Origin: Minisyncoccota bacterium
GTDB lineage: Bacteria; Patescibacteriota; Minisyncoccia; Phycocordibacterales; UBA9973
Reading direction: 5' to 3'
DNA: 64,000 nucleotides
Assembly (NCBI GenBank): GCA_041661005.1
Contig: JBAZVG010000001.1
Coordinates: 735,515-799,514, forward strand
The position numbers and the translations under genes were made by a program. Every line of letters begins with the position of its first letter. Position 1 is the first letter of the stretch. The notes under the pieces were generated by a model. That model saw only the letters and a list, made by a program, of their open reading frames with translations. It searched no databases and was not told where the DNA came from. Positions 19,536-29,939 of this stretch are shown one piece after another.

Positions 19536-21747
19536 TCTCGTTGCGGTTAATTTTTTCCAGCACCTCTCTCGGTTTGGCGCCATCTCCCGGTCCTATTATT
19601 CCACGTTCTTCTAGTTTATCCATCAAACGAGCCGCGCGCGCGTAGCCTAATTTTAATTTTCTTTGCAAGTAAGAAGTTGATGCTTTGCCGGCTTCGATCA
19701 CGCACAGTCTGGCTTCCTCATACATTTCATCATCATCGTCCGCATCTTCATCTTCAAGTGTGCTTTCAAAGATGCTTTTATCAGCCGATATAGATCCTGA
19801 AGTCAGCGTTATTTCTCCCAATATCTCGTCTTTATACGCATCCGCTAAATAGTTGACGACTTTTTTAACTTCCACCTCCGAAATGAATGCGCTCTGCAAA
19901 CGTTCTGGTTGAGCGTCGCCCGAGGAATACAGCATGTCGCCGGCACCCAAGAGCTTTTCAGCTCCGCCAGCATCGAGAATAGTGCGTGAATCTACCTGCG
20001 AGGACACCTTTAATGCGACACGGGCGGGGATGTTTGCCTTGATTAGCCCAGTGATGACGTTTACTTCCGGACGTTGTGTAGAGAGTATGAGGTGTATACC
20101 CACAGCTCTCGACATCTGCGCCAGACGGACGATAGCGGATTCGAGTTCTCGCGGATAGGAGCTCATTATATCTGCCAGTTCGTCTATAATGATGACTATA
20201 TAAGGCAAGCGGTCGATATTTGTCTCCTCAGTAGAGGTGCCGTCTTCGTTTGTTTTAGCCTTGCTCTTTACTTTGCCAAAGACGTTATTGTGATAAGATT
20301 CTATGTCTCGTACTGATTCTGCTTCTAATATGTCATAACGGCGGTCCATCTCTTTGGCCGCCCATTTTAGAGCCAGAATTGTCTTTTTAGCCTCAGTTAT
20401 TACCGGGGTCAACAAGTGTGGAATGTTGTTATACAGGGTTAGTTCTACACGTTTTGGATCGATCAATATAAATTTTAAATCATCCGGTCCGTTTCTGTAT
20501 AGAAGGGAAGTAATCATAGAATGAATAGTAACTGACTTTCCAGAACCAGTCGTGCCGGCGACGAGACAATGAGGCATTTTGGCGAGGTTGCCGAACACTG
20601 ATCTGCCTCCGATGTTGCGACCGAGGGCGATAGTAAGTGGTTTAGGAGAATTTCGAAACTTATCGTCGGAAAGGAGAGTAGCGAGGCCGACTAGAGATTT
20701 TGTTTTATTTGGAATTTCGATGCCGACTAGAGATTTTCCTGGAATCGGCGCTTCTATACGTATAGGATGCGCGGCGAGCGCGAGCGATAGATCATTTTGC
20801 AGGGCAATAATGCGCGACAGTTTCATCCCTTCTGCTGGTTTGAGCGCGTAACGTGTGACCGTCGGTCCGATTGTTATTTCATCCATCTCCACTTCAATGC
20901 CGAAGTTTAATAGCGTGCGTTTTATAATATTTGCATTAGCTTTTATGTCGCCAGTGTTCGGCTTGCCTTGATCTTCTTCTAATAGAGAGATGGGAGGGGG
21001 GATATAGGTGGAGATTAGTCCACTCCTTCTTGTTTTGATTGGCATCTCTTCCTCTTCTTCTTTTTTATCTATACCTAGCGCTTTTTTAATTTTTTCTTTA
21101 GCGCTTTCTTTTTCTCCCGATTCTTCCTCTTCTTCAGGCTCAGGTTCCTCGATCTCCGATTCTTTTGAAGAATTTTCTGCAGGGACACTTAGAGTATCAT
21201 CGAGGGGTTTTTTTCTTGTTATCAAGTCCCAGATTTTTTTAATAAACGGACTGAGGTCTGGTTTTGTATCAAACATCGCCAGGATGGAAATTATTAAAAT
21301 TGCTCCGAGGAAGATGGTGCTGGCATATACATCAAATAAGGAGACGAAAGGTGTCGATAAAATTTCTCCCAATAATCCGCCTGCATGCCTATATACTCCC
21401 GCAGAGTTTACACCTGAAGCAATGTCGATTATTCCCAGACTCGAAAGCAGAAACATTACCCCGCTCCCCATACTTCTCCATCCGATGTTTGGAGTTTCGG
21501 ATTTGATAAATGAGATTCCAAGTAAAATAAAAAGAGCGGGCAGGAGGATATCGCCAATGCCGAGCAAGAGGTGAAGTTTTTCATTTACAAAGACACCCGC
21601 AACTCCAGCCATGCTGAATTTGGACATTAAAAAAAATAACGCAAAAACAAAAAAAACTATTGCTAAAATTCCGTATTTAGTTTGAGTTTTTAGTCCTAAA
21701 GAATTTTCTTTCTCGTCATCTTTTTTCTTATTTGCATTTTTCGCCAT
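19516..21747 (-). CDS. ftsK: DNA translocase FtsK/SpoIIIE
   Basis: The domain order is N-terminal TM helices, an acidic linker, a motor with Walker A 'GTTGSGKS', and a C-terminal gamma winged-helix domain 'TSYLQRKLKLGYARAARLMDKLEERGII'. Confidence 0.9.
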   Translation of the reverse strand: MAKNANKKKDDEKENSLGLKTQTKYGILAIVFFVFALFFLMSKFSMAGVAGVFVNEKLHLLLGIGDILLPALFILLGISFIKSETPNIGWRSMGSGVMFLLSSLGIIDIASGVNSAGVYRHAGGLLGEILSTPFVSLFDVYASTIFLGAILIISILAMFDTKPDLSPFIKKIWDLITRKKPLDDTLSVPAENSSKESEIEEPEPEEEEESGEKESAKEKIKKALGIDKKEEEEEMPIKTRRSGLISTYIPPPISLLEEDQGKPNTGDIKANANIIKRTLLNFGIEVEMDEITIGPTVTRYALKPAEGMKLSRIIALQNDLSLALAAHPIRIEAPIPGKSLVGIEIPNKTKSLVGLATLLSDDKFRNSPKPLTIALGRNIGGRSVFGNLAKMPHCLVAGTTGSGKSVTIHSMITSLLYRNGPDDLKFILIDPKRVELTLYNNIPHLLTPVITEAKKTILALKWAAKEMDRRYDILEAESVRDIESYHNNVFGKVKSKAKTNEDGTSTEETNIDRLPYIVIIIDELADIMSSYPRELESAIVRLAQMSRAVGIHLILSTQRPEVNVITGLIKANIPARVALKVSSQVDSRTILDAGGAEKLLGAGDMLYSSGDAQPERLQSAFISEVEVKKVVNYLADAYKDEILGEITLTSGSISADKSIFESTLEDEDADDDDEMYEEARLCVIEAGKASTSYLQRKLKLGYARAARLMDKLEERGIIGPGDGAKPREVLEKINRNENGENVI

Positions 21748-21799
21748 ATAGTTATTCTAACATATTCAACGATTTTTGAAACTCTTCATCGGCACTAAC

Positions 21800-21935
21800 T
21801 CTTCTCCGGTACGGATTTTTTTAAGCTTAAAAAATCCTGCCTAGCCCGTGCTGGTACGGCCAAGGGAAGTTTTCGCGCCGTCGCGCTCAAAACCCCTGCG
21901 AAGAGTTGTGCCTCAACGAGTTTCATAATTTAAAA
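21800..21935 (+). repeat. repeat family X copy 1 (hairpin GGATTTTTT-AAGCTT-AAAAAATCC element)
   Basis: The 'ccggtacggattttttaagcttaaaaaatcctg...aaacccctgcgaagagttgt' motif is shared with the copies at 47221 and 48727. This copy has an internal insertion. Confidence 0.7.
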
Positions 21936-22052
21936 AACTCGTCGCAGGCGTAGTTTACAAGAGACATTGCGCAGGCTGGCGAGCCGAGCATAGCAAATTT
22001 TCAGCAGAAAATTATGCGTGTCGATTGGAAACTTATGCCAAGAAAGAGTTTT
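21935..22052. repeat. right arm of the ~115-bp inverted repeat
   Basis: It is the reverse complement of 19054-19170. It includes a duplicated 'atgcgtgt..cttatgccaagaaagagtttt' recA-like start. Confidence 0.8.
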
Positions 22053-22133
22053 TTAAAAAAATATGCCCTTGCCTTTTTCTACGTCCGACCCACCTAGACT
22101 TGCGTCTACGCGAGGCTGGTATATAATGGACAT

Positions 22134-23012
22134 ATGTTATCCATGAATAAGGACATGAATAAAAACCTCAAAGACTCCGAAGGAAAGCTCTCGGCTTCCT
22201 ACTCGCCTCGCTTACGCTCCGGCGAAGCGGGCGAGGAAGGCAACTATTCCATGTCCGTTATGAGTTATACAAAAACTCAGAAACTCATTACAGCTTTGTA
22301 TATGGTAACGGACGTAATGGACAACGAAGAGCCAATAAGAAATAAATTAAGGACATTGGGGACAGAAATAGTATCAGACTCCTCGACTACGCTCGGGGCA
22401 AACATGTCCATTAGAAGAATAGAGCAAATAATGTCCTTTTTAGATATTGCTTCTGCTATGAATTTTATCTCTGAAATGAATTGTGCTGTTTTGAAAAAAG
22501 AATTTTTTGGACTAAAAATGTCTCTGCAAGAATCAATGCAAGTAAAGCCAGTGTGGCTCGAAGAATTTTTAAATTCTCCTCTTGAGGAGTACTCCGACAT
22601 GGGGTCGGAGGGAGGTGGAAAGAATTTATCCACCCCGGCCTTTGGCCACCCCTCAAGAGGGGAATCAAAACACAAGGGATATTCTAACGGACATCAAACA
22701 AGTACCAGAATTGGTGTCCAAAAGGGAAGTACTCTTATGCAAGCCCTGGGAGAGATAAAAATGTCCGATAGAAGTCCTTTTGATATGAAAAATGATTTTT
22801 ATGTTCTTAAGAAACAAAGACGAGATGAAATAATAAATACTGTAAAGACAAATCCAAATGGTACTACTATAACGGACATTAAAACAAGAGCCACTGGGGT
22901 ACTTGTTTCTTGTAGTGAAAAGACACTGCAGAGAGAATTGGTGTCCATGACGAAAGATGGTGTCCTTAATAAAACAGGGGAGAAACGTTGGACTCGATAT
23001 TTCGTTAAATAA
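22134..23012 (+). CDS. hypothetical protein with a C-terminal winged-helix-like region; carries an in-frame copy of repeat family Y
   Basis: The 292-aa ORF has a C-terminal 'TITDIKTRATGVLVSCSEKTLQRELVSMTKDGVLNKTGEKRWTRYFV' region that resembles a wHTH. The internal GC-rich element at 22575-22662 is translated as NSPLEEYSDMGSEGGGKNLSTPAFGHPSRGES. Confidence 0.45.
   Translation: MLSMNKDMNKNLKDSEGKLSASYSPRLRSGEAGEEGNYSMSVMSYTKTQKLITALYMVTDVMDNEEPIRNKLRTLGTEIVSDSSTTLGANMSIRRIEQIMSFLDIASAMNFISEMNCAVLKKEFFGLKMSLQESMQVKPVWLEEFLNSPLEEYSDMGSEGGGKNLSTPAFGHPSRGESKHKGYSNGHQTSTRIGVQKGSTLMQALGEIKMSDRSPFDMKNDFYVLKKQRRDEIINTVKTNPNGTTITDIKTRATGVLVSCSEKTLQRELVSMTKDGVLNKTGEKRWTRYFVK
22575..22662. repeat. repeat family Y copy A (TIR-bounded ~90-bp GC-rich element, inside CDS)
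   Basis: It has terminal inverted repeats 'ctcctcttgaggagtac ... ccacccctcaagagggg', plus internal ggtgga/tccacc and ccgac/gtcgg hairpins. Confidence 0.75.
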
Positions 23013-23020
23013 TCCCTTAT

Positions 23021-23115
23021 TGAGCCTATTCTCCTCTTGAGGAGTACCCCGACTTTGGTCGGGGAGAGGTGGAATATCCACCCCGTCTCGCAAGCGAGCC
23101 ACCCCTCAAGAGGGG
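23021..23115. repeat. repeat family Y copy B
   Basis: It shares the TIRs and internal hairpins of copy A and lies immediately after the stop of ORF 22134-23012. Confidence 0.75.
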
Positions 23116-23548
23116 GATAAAGGGGGTTGCAATTTGCATTTTAACTCAAATATGATAGTATTGATATGTGGGTTATATCCCGCCGTTGGCGGGATCCTCA
23201 AATTCTATAGGCGCTTTTGCTTCTTAGAATTTGGGAGTTATCCACATAGTATGTTGCTCTACTATGGAGCTATGTATTATAATATTTTAGTTAGTATATT
23301 TGTTTTCTTTTTGTCGTCGCTTTTTATTTCGTCGAAAAAATTCTAAGCGAAGCTTTGAGAAAATAAATGCCCATTGAAAACTGAATAGCTATGTTTTTAA
23401 TGGTTTAGTTTACATCTGTTCGCCATTTGATTATTTGCCACATTATTAATTATTATTATTTATTGGCGAAGAAAAAATAGCGATAGAAAAAAATACGCTT
23501 TTAGTTTTGTCGAAACTTATTAATGGCGTAAAAGTTAGAAAAAAATTT

Positions 23549-25561
23549 ATGAGTAATTTATTAAAATCAAAATTCCTTCTTGGAGTTATGACTGTTGCGA
23601 TCATGTTCGTAGGCGCAGTTGCAGTTGCAACTACAGCTTCCGCTGACTGTACGGTCACTCCTACAGTAAAAGTTGGTTCTACGGGTGTGAACGTACAATG
23701 CGTTCAGACTATAGTAGGAGCAACAGCAGACGGTAGTTTTGGTCCTTTGACCAAAGCTGCAGTTATGGCTTGGCAATCAGGTCACAACTTGACCGCTGAC
23801 GGAGTAGTTGGCCCTATGACCGCTACTGCAATGAATAGCGGATCAACCAGTGCTAATCTCCCAGCAGGATGTCAAACTGGTGACTTGTTTAGTGGAACAA
23901 CCGGACTTTCATGTTCTGGAGGTTCTTCTAATCTTCCAGCAGGATGTCAAACTGGCGACTTGTTTAGTGGAACAACCGGACTTTCATGTTCTGGTGGTTC
24001 AACACCTTCAACACCTTCAAACACTGGTCCTCTAGTGGGAACAGACGGAACAATTTCTGACATTAATCAACTTTCTTCTTTTAACAATGAAGAAGTTGGT
24101 GATGGTGCAAACGATGTTAAAGTTATGGGATTTGATCTTGTGACTTCAAATGATGGAGATGTCGCTGTTAAATCAATCAAATTGACTTTTGATGGTGCAG
24201 ACAGTTCAGGTTCAACTCGTGTTGCTGATTATCTAGATTCTGTTAAAATCCTTATGGGTTCAACAGAAGTTGGAGTAGCAGATATGTCTGATTTCAACAA
24301 AGATAGTACAGGAGTATATTCAAAGACCATCACTCTTAGTGGTGCAGTCCTAAGAGCTGATACTACTACAAAGTTTTATGTAGCAGTTGATGCAGTATCA
24401 AATCTTGATTCAGGAGATATTGCGACAACAGCTGATAACTGGGAAGTAGGTATTAACAATATCCGTTATGAAGATGGATCAGGAGTTGTAACAACTGAAT
24501 CTGATTTAATGCCAGCTGCTATTGAATATAATTCAACAGGAGATGGTGTAAATATTTCATTTGTTTCTTACTCAACTTCAGCTGATACTGAACTTAAGAT
24601 TTCCTTAAACAGTACTCCAGTTGCACAAGTTGTTAAAGTAAGTGCTACAGCAGATTCTGTTTCACCGCTTGTTATCTTAAAGGGTAAATTAAAATTGGAA
24701 GGTACGTCTGACGTTTTGTTAGATTCATTCCCAATTTTGTTTACTACTACTGAATCAGATCTTGTTGAAGTAACACCAACTGTATATCTTACACTTGGAA
24801 CAGAAGAATTTTCAGAGTCAGTAACAGGAGGTGCTTCAACAGAGACAGTTGCTTTTGACAATCTTGATTACACCATTGATGCTGGTTCAACTGTAAACTT
24901 CACTGTTTCCGTAGATCTAAATGATATACAATCTTCAACATTTGATGAAGGAACAACTTTGAAGGCAGAGTTAACAACCACACTTCGTGATGGTGCAAGC
25001 TTTGTTGCTGAAAATGCACAAGGTGATGCCTTGGTAGATGCGACAGAAAAAACTGGTTCTGCTCTAGGTGAAGTTCAGACATTCCGTTCTACAGGTATCA
25101 ATGTTGTATTAGTAGGTACCACTGCCGATGTGGCAAAGGGACTTACTACTGCTCCAGATGTTGGAACATATACAATTACATTTGATGTAACTGCATTTGG
25201 TGCTGATATGTATATTGATGGTACTAAGCCAACTCTAACAGGCGAAGATTCAACCACTTTGACTATCAATGATCCTGGTACATCTACTCAAACTGCAGTT
25301 ATAACTTCACCAACAGGTGCAACTATGACTGGAACAGTAGATACTACTTCTAGATTCTTAGTCACAGAAGGTGAAACTGAAAGATTTACTATTACTTCTA
25401 TAGTTACTCCTACTGTTACAGGTGGACTAACTGCTGTATCACTCACAAGTCTTGCTTACGATGATGCTGATATAGATCTAGTAGATGCTACAAATATAGA
25501 ATACACAACAAATCTTACTCAGTTCATTACATCATACAAAAACTTGGTGTTAACAAACTAG
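23549..25561 (+). CDS. secreted Thr/Ser-rich surface protein with a peptidoglycan-binding (PG_binding_1-like) domain and Cys-containing tandem repeats
   Basis: It has a signal peptide/TM 'FLLGVMTVAIMFVGAVAVATTASA' and a PG-binding-like 'DGSFGPLTKAAVMAWQSGHNLTADGVVGPMT'. A 2 x 25-aa repeat 'NLPAGCQTGDLFSGTTGLSCSGGS' follows, then a long beta-rich T/S/D/V region. Confidence 0.6.
   Translation: MSNLLKSKFLLGVMTVAIMFVGAVAVATTASADCTVTPTVKVGSTGVNVQCVQTIVGATADGSFGPLTKAAVMAWQSGHNLTADGVVGPMTATAMNSGSTSANLPAGCQTGDLFSGTTGLSCSGGSSNLPAGCQTGDLFSGTTGLSCSGGSTPSTPSNTGPLVGTDGTISDINQLSSFNNEEVGDGANDVKVMGFDLVTSNDGDVAVKSIKLTFDGADSSGSTRVADYLDSVKILMGSTEVGVADMSDFNKDSTGVYSKTITLSGAVLRADTTTKFYVAVDAVSNLDSGDIATTADNWEVGINNIRYEDGSGVVTTESDLMPAAIEYNSTGDGVNISFVSYSTSADTELKISLNSTPVAQVVKVSATADSVSPLVILKGKLKLEGTSDVLLDSFPILFTTTESDLVEVTPTVYLTLGTEEFSESVTGGASTETVAFDNLDYTIDAGSTVNFTVSVDLNDIQSSTFDEGTTLKAELTTTLRDGASFVAENAQGDALVDATEKTGSALGEVQTFRSTGINVVLVGTTADVAKGLTTAPDVGTYTITFDVTAFGADMYIDGTKPTLTGEDSTTLTINDPGTSTQTAVITSPTGATMTGTVDTTSRFLVTEGETERFTITSIVTPTVTGGLTAVSLTSLAYDDADIDLVDATNIEYTTNLTQFITSYKNLVLTN
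23860..24009 (+). repeat. 2 x 75-bp tandem coding repeat
   Basis: The two units are near-identical and in-frame within the surface protein gene. Confidence 0.8.
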
Positions 25562-25689
25562 TAGATGGTTGTTTAGTCTAAATTATAATCTGGTCAATAC
25601 ACCTTAAAAAGTATTACGTTTAATCTCTTTAATCCTTCGATGCCAATATATGGTCACGGATGGAAACAAAAGAGAAAAAACGGTAAACA

Positions 25690-25722
25690 AAAAACCACCC
25701 CGACGGGGGTGGTTTTTTGTTG
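25690..25722 (+). terminator. rho-independent terminator
   Basis: The stem 'ccaccccgacgggggtgg' is followed by 'ttttttgttg'. Confidence 0.75.
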
Positions 25723-25755
25723 TGTATTTTTATGGTATTATTATGTATATTTTAG

Positions 25756-27870
25756 ATGACTAAAATTATAAAAATATGTCTTTTAGCGCTTGCTTTCGCA
25801 CCTCTGATCTTTGATTTGAATGTTTTTTTCCCTTATATATCCAGTAAGAGTCTTTTTATACAGTTTTTTTTGCTTTTGGCTACTCTTTTATTTGCTGGTT
25901 ATTTTATTTATTCTAGAAGTTTCAGACAGGAAATCAGTGATAAGATTTCCATACATCTAAAGCATCCGCTTGTCCTTTCTATTCTATCTTTCATTCTTGT
26001 GTTCGCAGTGAGTGCTATTTTTGCTGTAGATAAGTATGGCGCTTTTTGGGGAAATATAGAACGGGCAGAAGGATTAGCTAACACGATGTTTTTCTTCGTT
26101 TTCTTTATTTTAAGTTTACTAGTATTTAAAAAAAAGGATTGGGTGTGGTTTTTAAAGTTGAGTTTGTTAACAACTTTGATTTTATTGGGCAAAGAATTTT
26201 TTGAGTTTTTCAATGGGGTACCACGACCAGGGTCATTTGCTGGCAACCCGACATTTTTGGCTGGATACTTACTTTTTTCAATCACTGCGTCAATAATTGT
26301 GTTTAGGGAGTCAATCCCGTTAGAGATCACGAGGGTTCGCAGTGGGCGTCTATCTCTAATGGGATGGAAATCTTTATCTGTAATTGTCGTTATTTTTTCG
26401 GTTTTAGGCATATTTATCGCTCAGACTAGGGGTACAATATTAGGGCTTGCTTTTGGTGTTTTAGGCTCTCTAATTTATTGTGTTTTCAGGGGTAAAAATA
26501 TTGTTTACAAAGGTCTTAATTTACGTAAAATATCGGCTGGCATTCTTTTTTTCTTTGTTCTTTTTTCTATAATCTTTATTTTAACCAGAGAGAATGATAT
26601 ATGGCAAAAAGTTCCCGGTTTATCCAAAGTGGCGTTAATAAATATTAATAACATTGAAGATGGTTCAATGAAGGACAGATTGCTTGCCTATAAGCCAAGC
26701 ATAGAAGCCGTCAATCCAACACAGAATGGATGGAAAAAATTTTTAATCGGCTGGGGTCCGGATAATTTTATTCTTGCTTATGGTGAGTATTTCAGTCCAG
26801 CGCAAGCGCAACATGACTCAACCTGGCTTGACAGAGCTCACAATCAACTCTTGGATGTTTTAGTGATGAGTGGGCTTCTGGGGCTTTTAGCATATTTGTC
26901 AATATGGTTTTTATTTTTTCGTTCCATTCTGAATAGAAAAACGGATTTCTCTTTAATCAATATGGGGTTTCTTCTTTTTGGTATTTCATTTTTCGTTCAC
27001 CTTTTATTTGTTTTTGAACAAACAACATCATCTATAGCATTTTTTACCGTTCTTGCTTTTGCCGTCTATTCTACCACTGACGATGTCTCCAAAGAGTCAA
27101 GGAATGATTCAAAAAAATCTAAAACAAGTGGTAGGGGGACATTGATAATGGGAAGTTTTTTTGTATTTTCGACATTTTTCTTGTGTTTTATTTTTTTTAG
27201 AAATACTTTACCCTCCTATTTTCAAATGAGGAATTATTTTTCTATAATAAAAAATCCAAGTCCTACCACTTTTGAAAGTATTGATTCAGTTTTTTTTCCG
27301 TTTACCACTGCCCAAATGGATATTAGAGAGAACTTTTTGAAATGGGTTGGTGATAATTACTACAAAATAGACGCTAAAATAGCCAAACCGTTATTTGAAA
27401 AGGCGCTCATTAGAGCGGAAGAATATATAGCGAAAAGACCACAGAATTTTTTATTTCTAGCTTCTCTGGCTGATGTCTATACAAATAAGGGCGACTCTTT
27501 AAAGAGTATTGCATATGTTGAGAAAGGGGAGGAATATTTCAGGCAAATGCTTTTATTTGCTCCAAACAAGTCAGATATTAATTATGGCTTGGCTATAAAT
27601 TTAGCTTACCAGAAAAAGTTTGAAGAATCTTTTAGTTTTTTTGAAAAAGTATTTTTTATGAACCCAAAATTTTTCTCGCAACACAGAAAGGTAGCCGAAA
27701 GTATTTATACTAATTTTATTAAATATTTTTACGAAAAAAGAGACAAAAAAAATTTTTTAAGAACAGTTGAAAGACTGAAGAAAAATAACTATACCAATTC
27801 AGCTCCCCTCGATAAAATTCTTGAGTATTTAGAAAAAAATAACACTTGGCCAAGGGTTGATTTTGAATAA
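25756..27870 (+). CDS. O-antigen ligase/polymerase-like membrane protein with C-terminal TPR-like region
   Basis: The N-terminal half has about 10 TM helices, and 'GWGPDNFILAYGEYF...WLDRAHNQLLDVLVMSGLLGLLAYL' matches the Wzy_C/WaaL signature. The C-terminal soluble region is helical-repeat-rich. Confidence 0.65.
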   Translation: MTKIIKICLLALAFAPLIFDLNVFFPYISSKSLFIQFFLLLATLLFAGYFIYSRSFRQEISDKISIHLKHPLVLSILSFILVFAVSAIFAVDKYGAFWGNIERAEGLANTMFFFVFFILSLLVFKKKDWVWFLKLSLLTTLILLGKEFFEFFNGVPRPGSFAGNPTFLAGYLLFSITASIIVFRESIPLEITRVRSGRLSLMGWKSLSVIVVIFSVLGIFIAQTRGTILGLAFGVLGSLIYCVFRGKNIVYKGLNLRKISAGILFFFVLFSIIFILTRENDIWQKVPGLSKVALININNIEDGSMKDRLLAYKPSIEAVNPTQNGWKKFLIGWGPDNFILAYGEYFSPAQAQHDSTWLDRAHNQLLDVLVMSGLLGLLAYLSIWFLFFRSILNRKTDFSLINMGFLLFGISFFVHLLFVFEQTTSSIAFFTVLAFAVYSTTDDVSKESRNDSKKSKTSGRGTLIMGSFFVFSTFFLCFIFFRNTLPSYFQMRNYFSIIKNPSPTTFESIDSVFFPFTTAQMDIRENFLKWVGDNYYKIDAKIAKPLFEKALIRAEEYIAKRPQNFLFLASLADVYTNKGDSLKSIAYVEKGEEYFRQMLLFAPNKSDINYGLAINLAYQKKFEESFSFFEKVFFMNPKFFSQHRKVAESIYTNFIKYFYEKRDKKNFLRTVERLKKNNYTNSAPLDKILEYLEKNNTWPRVDFE

Positions 27871-28856
<986 letters not shown>

Positions 28857-28873
<17 letters not shown>

Positions 28874-29834
28874 AAAAAGAGCGTTAGTGTGTGGTGCCGG
28901 TGGTTTTATCGGCAGTCACTTAGTCAAAAGATTAAAAAAAGAGGGATATTGGGTGCGTGGAGTTGATTTAAAAAATCCGGATTTTAGTCCGACCGAAGCT
29001 GACGAATTTGTTATTGGCGATTTGCGGGATCAGGCAGTATGTAGGAAAGTTCTTGATCAATCATTTGAAGAAGTATACCAATTGGCCGCTGATATGGGTG
29101 GCGCAGGATACATTTTTACCGGAGAACATGATGCAGATGTTATGCACAATTCGGCAACTATAAATTTAAACATTGTAGACCTAGCTCATAAAAATAAAGT
29201 TGGTAAAATATTCTATTCTTCATCTGCTTGTATATATCCAGCTTATAATCAAGAAGATCCGAACAATCCGAAATGTTCCGAAGATTCTGCATATCCAGCT
29301 GCACCAGATTCAGAATATGGTTGGGAAAAGCTTTTTAGCGAACGTCTTTATCTTAGTTATTTTCGTAACTATGGTTTACAAGTGCGAATAGCTCGATTTC
29401 ATAATATTTTTGGTCCCGAAGGGACATGGAAGGGCGGTAAAGAAAAGGCTCCCGCCGCTATTTGTCGAAAAATAGCTGAAGCAAAAGAAGAAGATGAAAT
29501 TGAGATTTGGGGTGATGGTGAACAAACCAGATCTTTTCTTTATATTGATGAGTGTGTTGAGGGCGTTAGACGTCTTATGGATTCTGATTTTACTGGTCCT
29601 GTAAACATTGGTTCTGATGAAATGGTTACAATTAATCAATTGGCTGAGGTGGCAATGAGTGTGGCAAACAAAAAACTTTCAATAAAACATATTTCAGGCC
29701 CACTCGGAGTTAGGGGCAGGAATTCTGATAATGCTCTTATTAAACAAAAGTTAAATTGGGCTCCCAATGCACCGCTTACCGAAGGGATAGAGAAAACTTA
29801 TACCTGGATTGAAAAGCAGGTTGCGAAAAAATAA
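28857..29834 (+). CDS. GDP-mannose 3,5-epimerase (GME-like SDR)
   Basis: It is near-colinear with plant/bacterial GME: 'LAADMGG.G.I', 'FYSSSACIYP', 'YG.EKL', 'RIARFHNI.GP.GTWKGG.EKAPAA.CRK', 'WGDG.QTRSF..IDECVEG', 'NIGSDEMV', 'RGRNSDN'. Confidence 0.8.
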
Positions 29835-29939
29835 TTGTTTTTCATATTATTTTATGATATAAATAAGAAGCAATGAAAAAGGTTATAATCACCTCTGGAT
29901 TTTTTGGTTTTTAGCAAATGGCAAATAAGCTTAAAAAAT

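Noticed and set aside
22277-23102. Minus-strand ORFs 22277-22675, 22465-22668 and 22665-23102
   Set aside because: They are antisense to ORF 22134-23012 and extend through the GC-rich repeat Y copies, which lack stop codons in several frames. They are most likely spurious.
23134-23346. 70-aa ORF in the 400-nt spacer upstream of the surface protein gene
   Set aside because: It has Tyr/Phe-rich low-complexity sequence and no homologous motif. It is probably non-coding promoter-region DNA. Confidence in this rejection is low.
23860-24009. Direct repeats considered as a possible CRISPR array
   Set aside because: There are only two 75-bp units with no spacers, they are in-frame inside a CDS encoding a repeated peptide module, and there are no cas genes.
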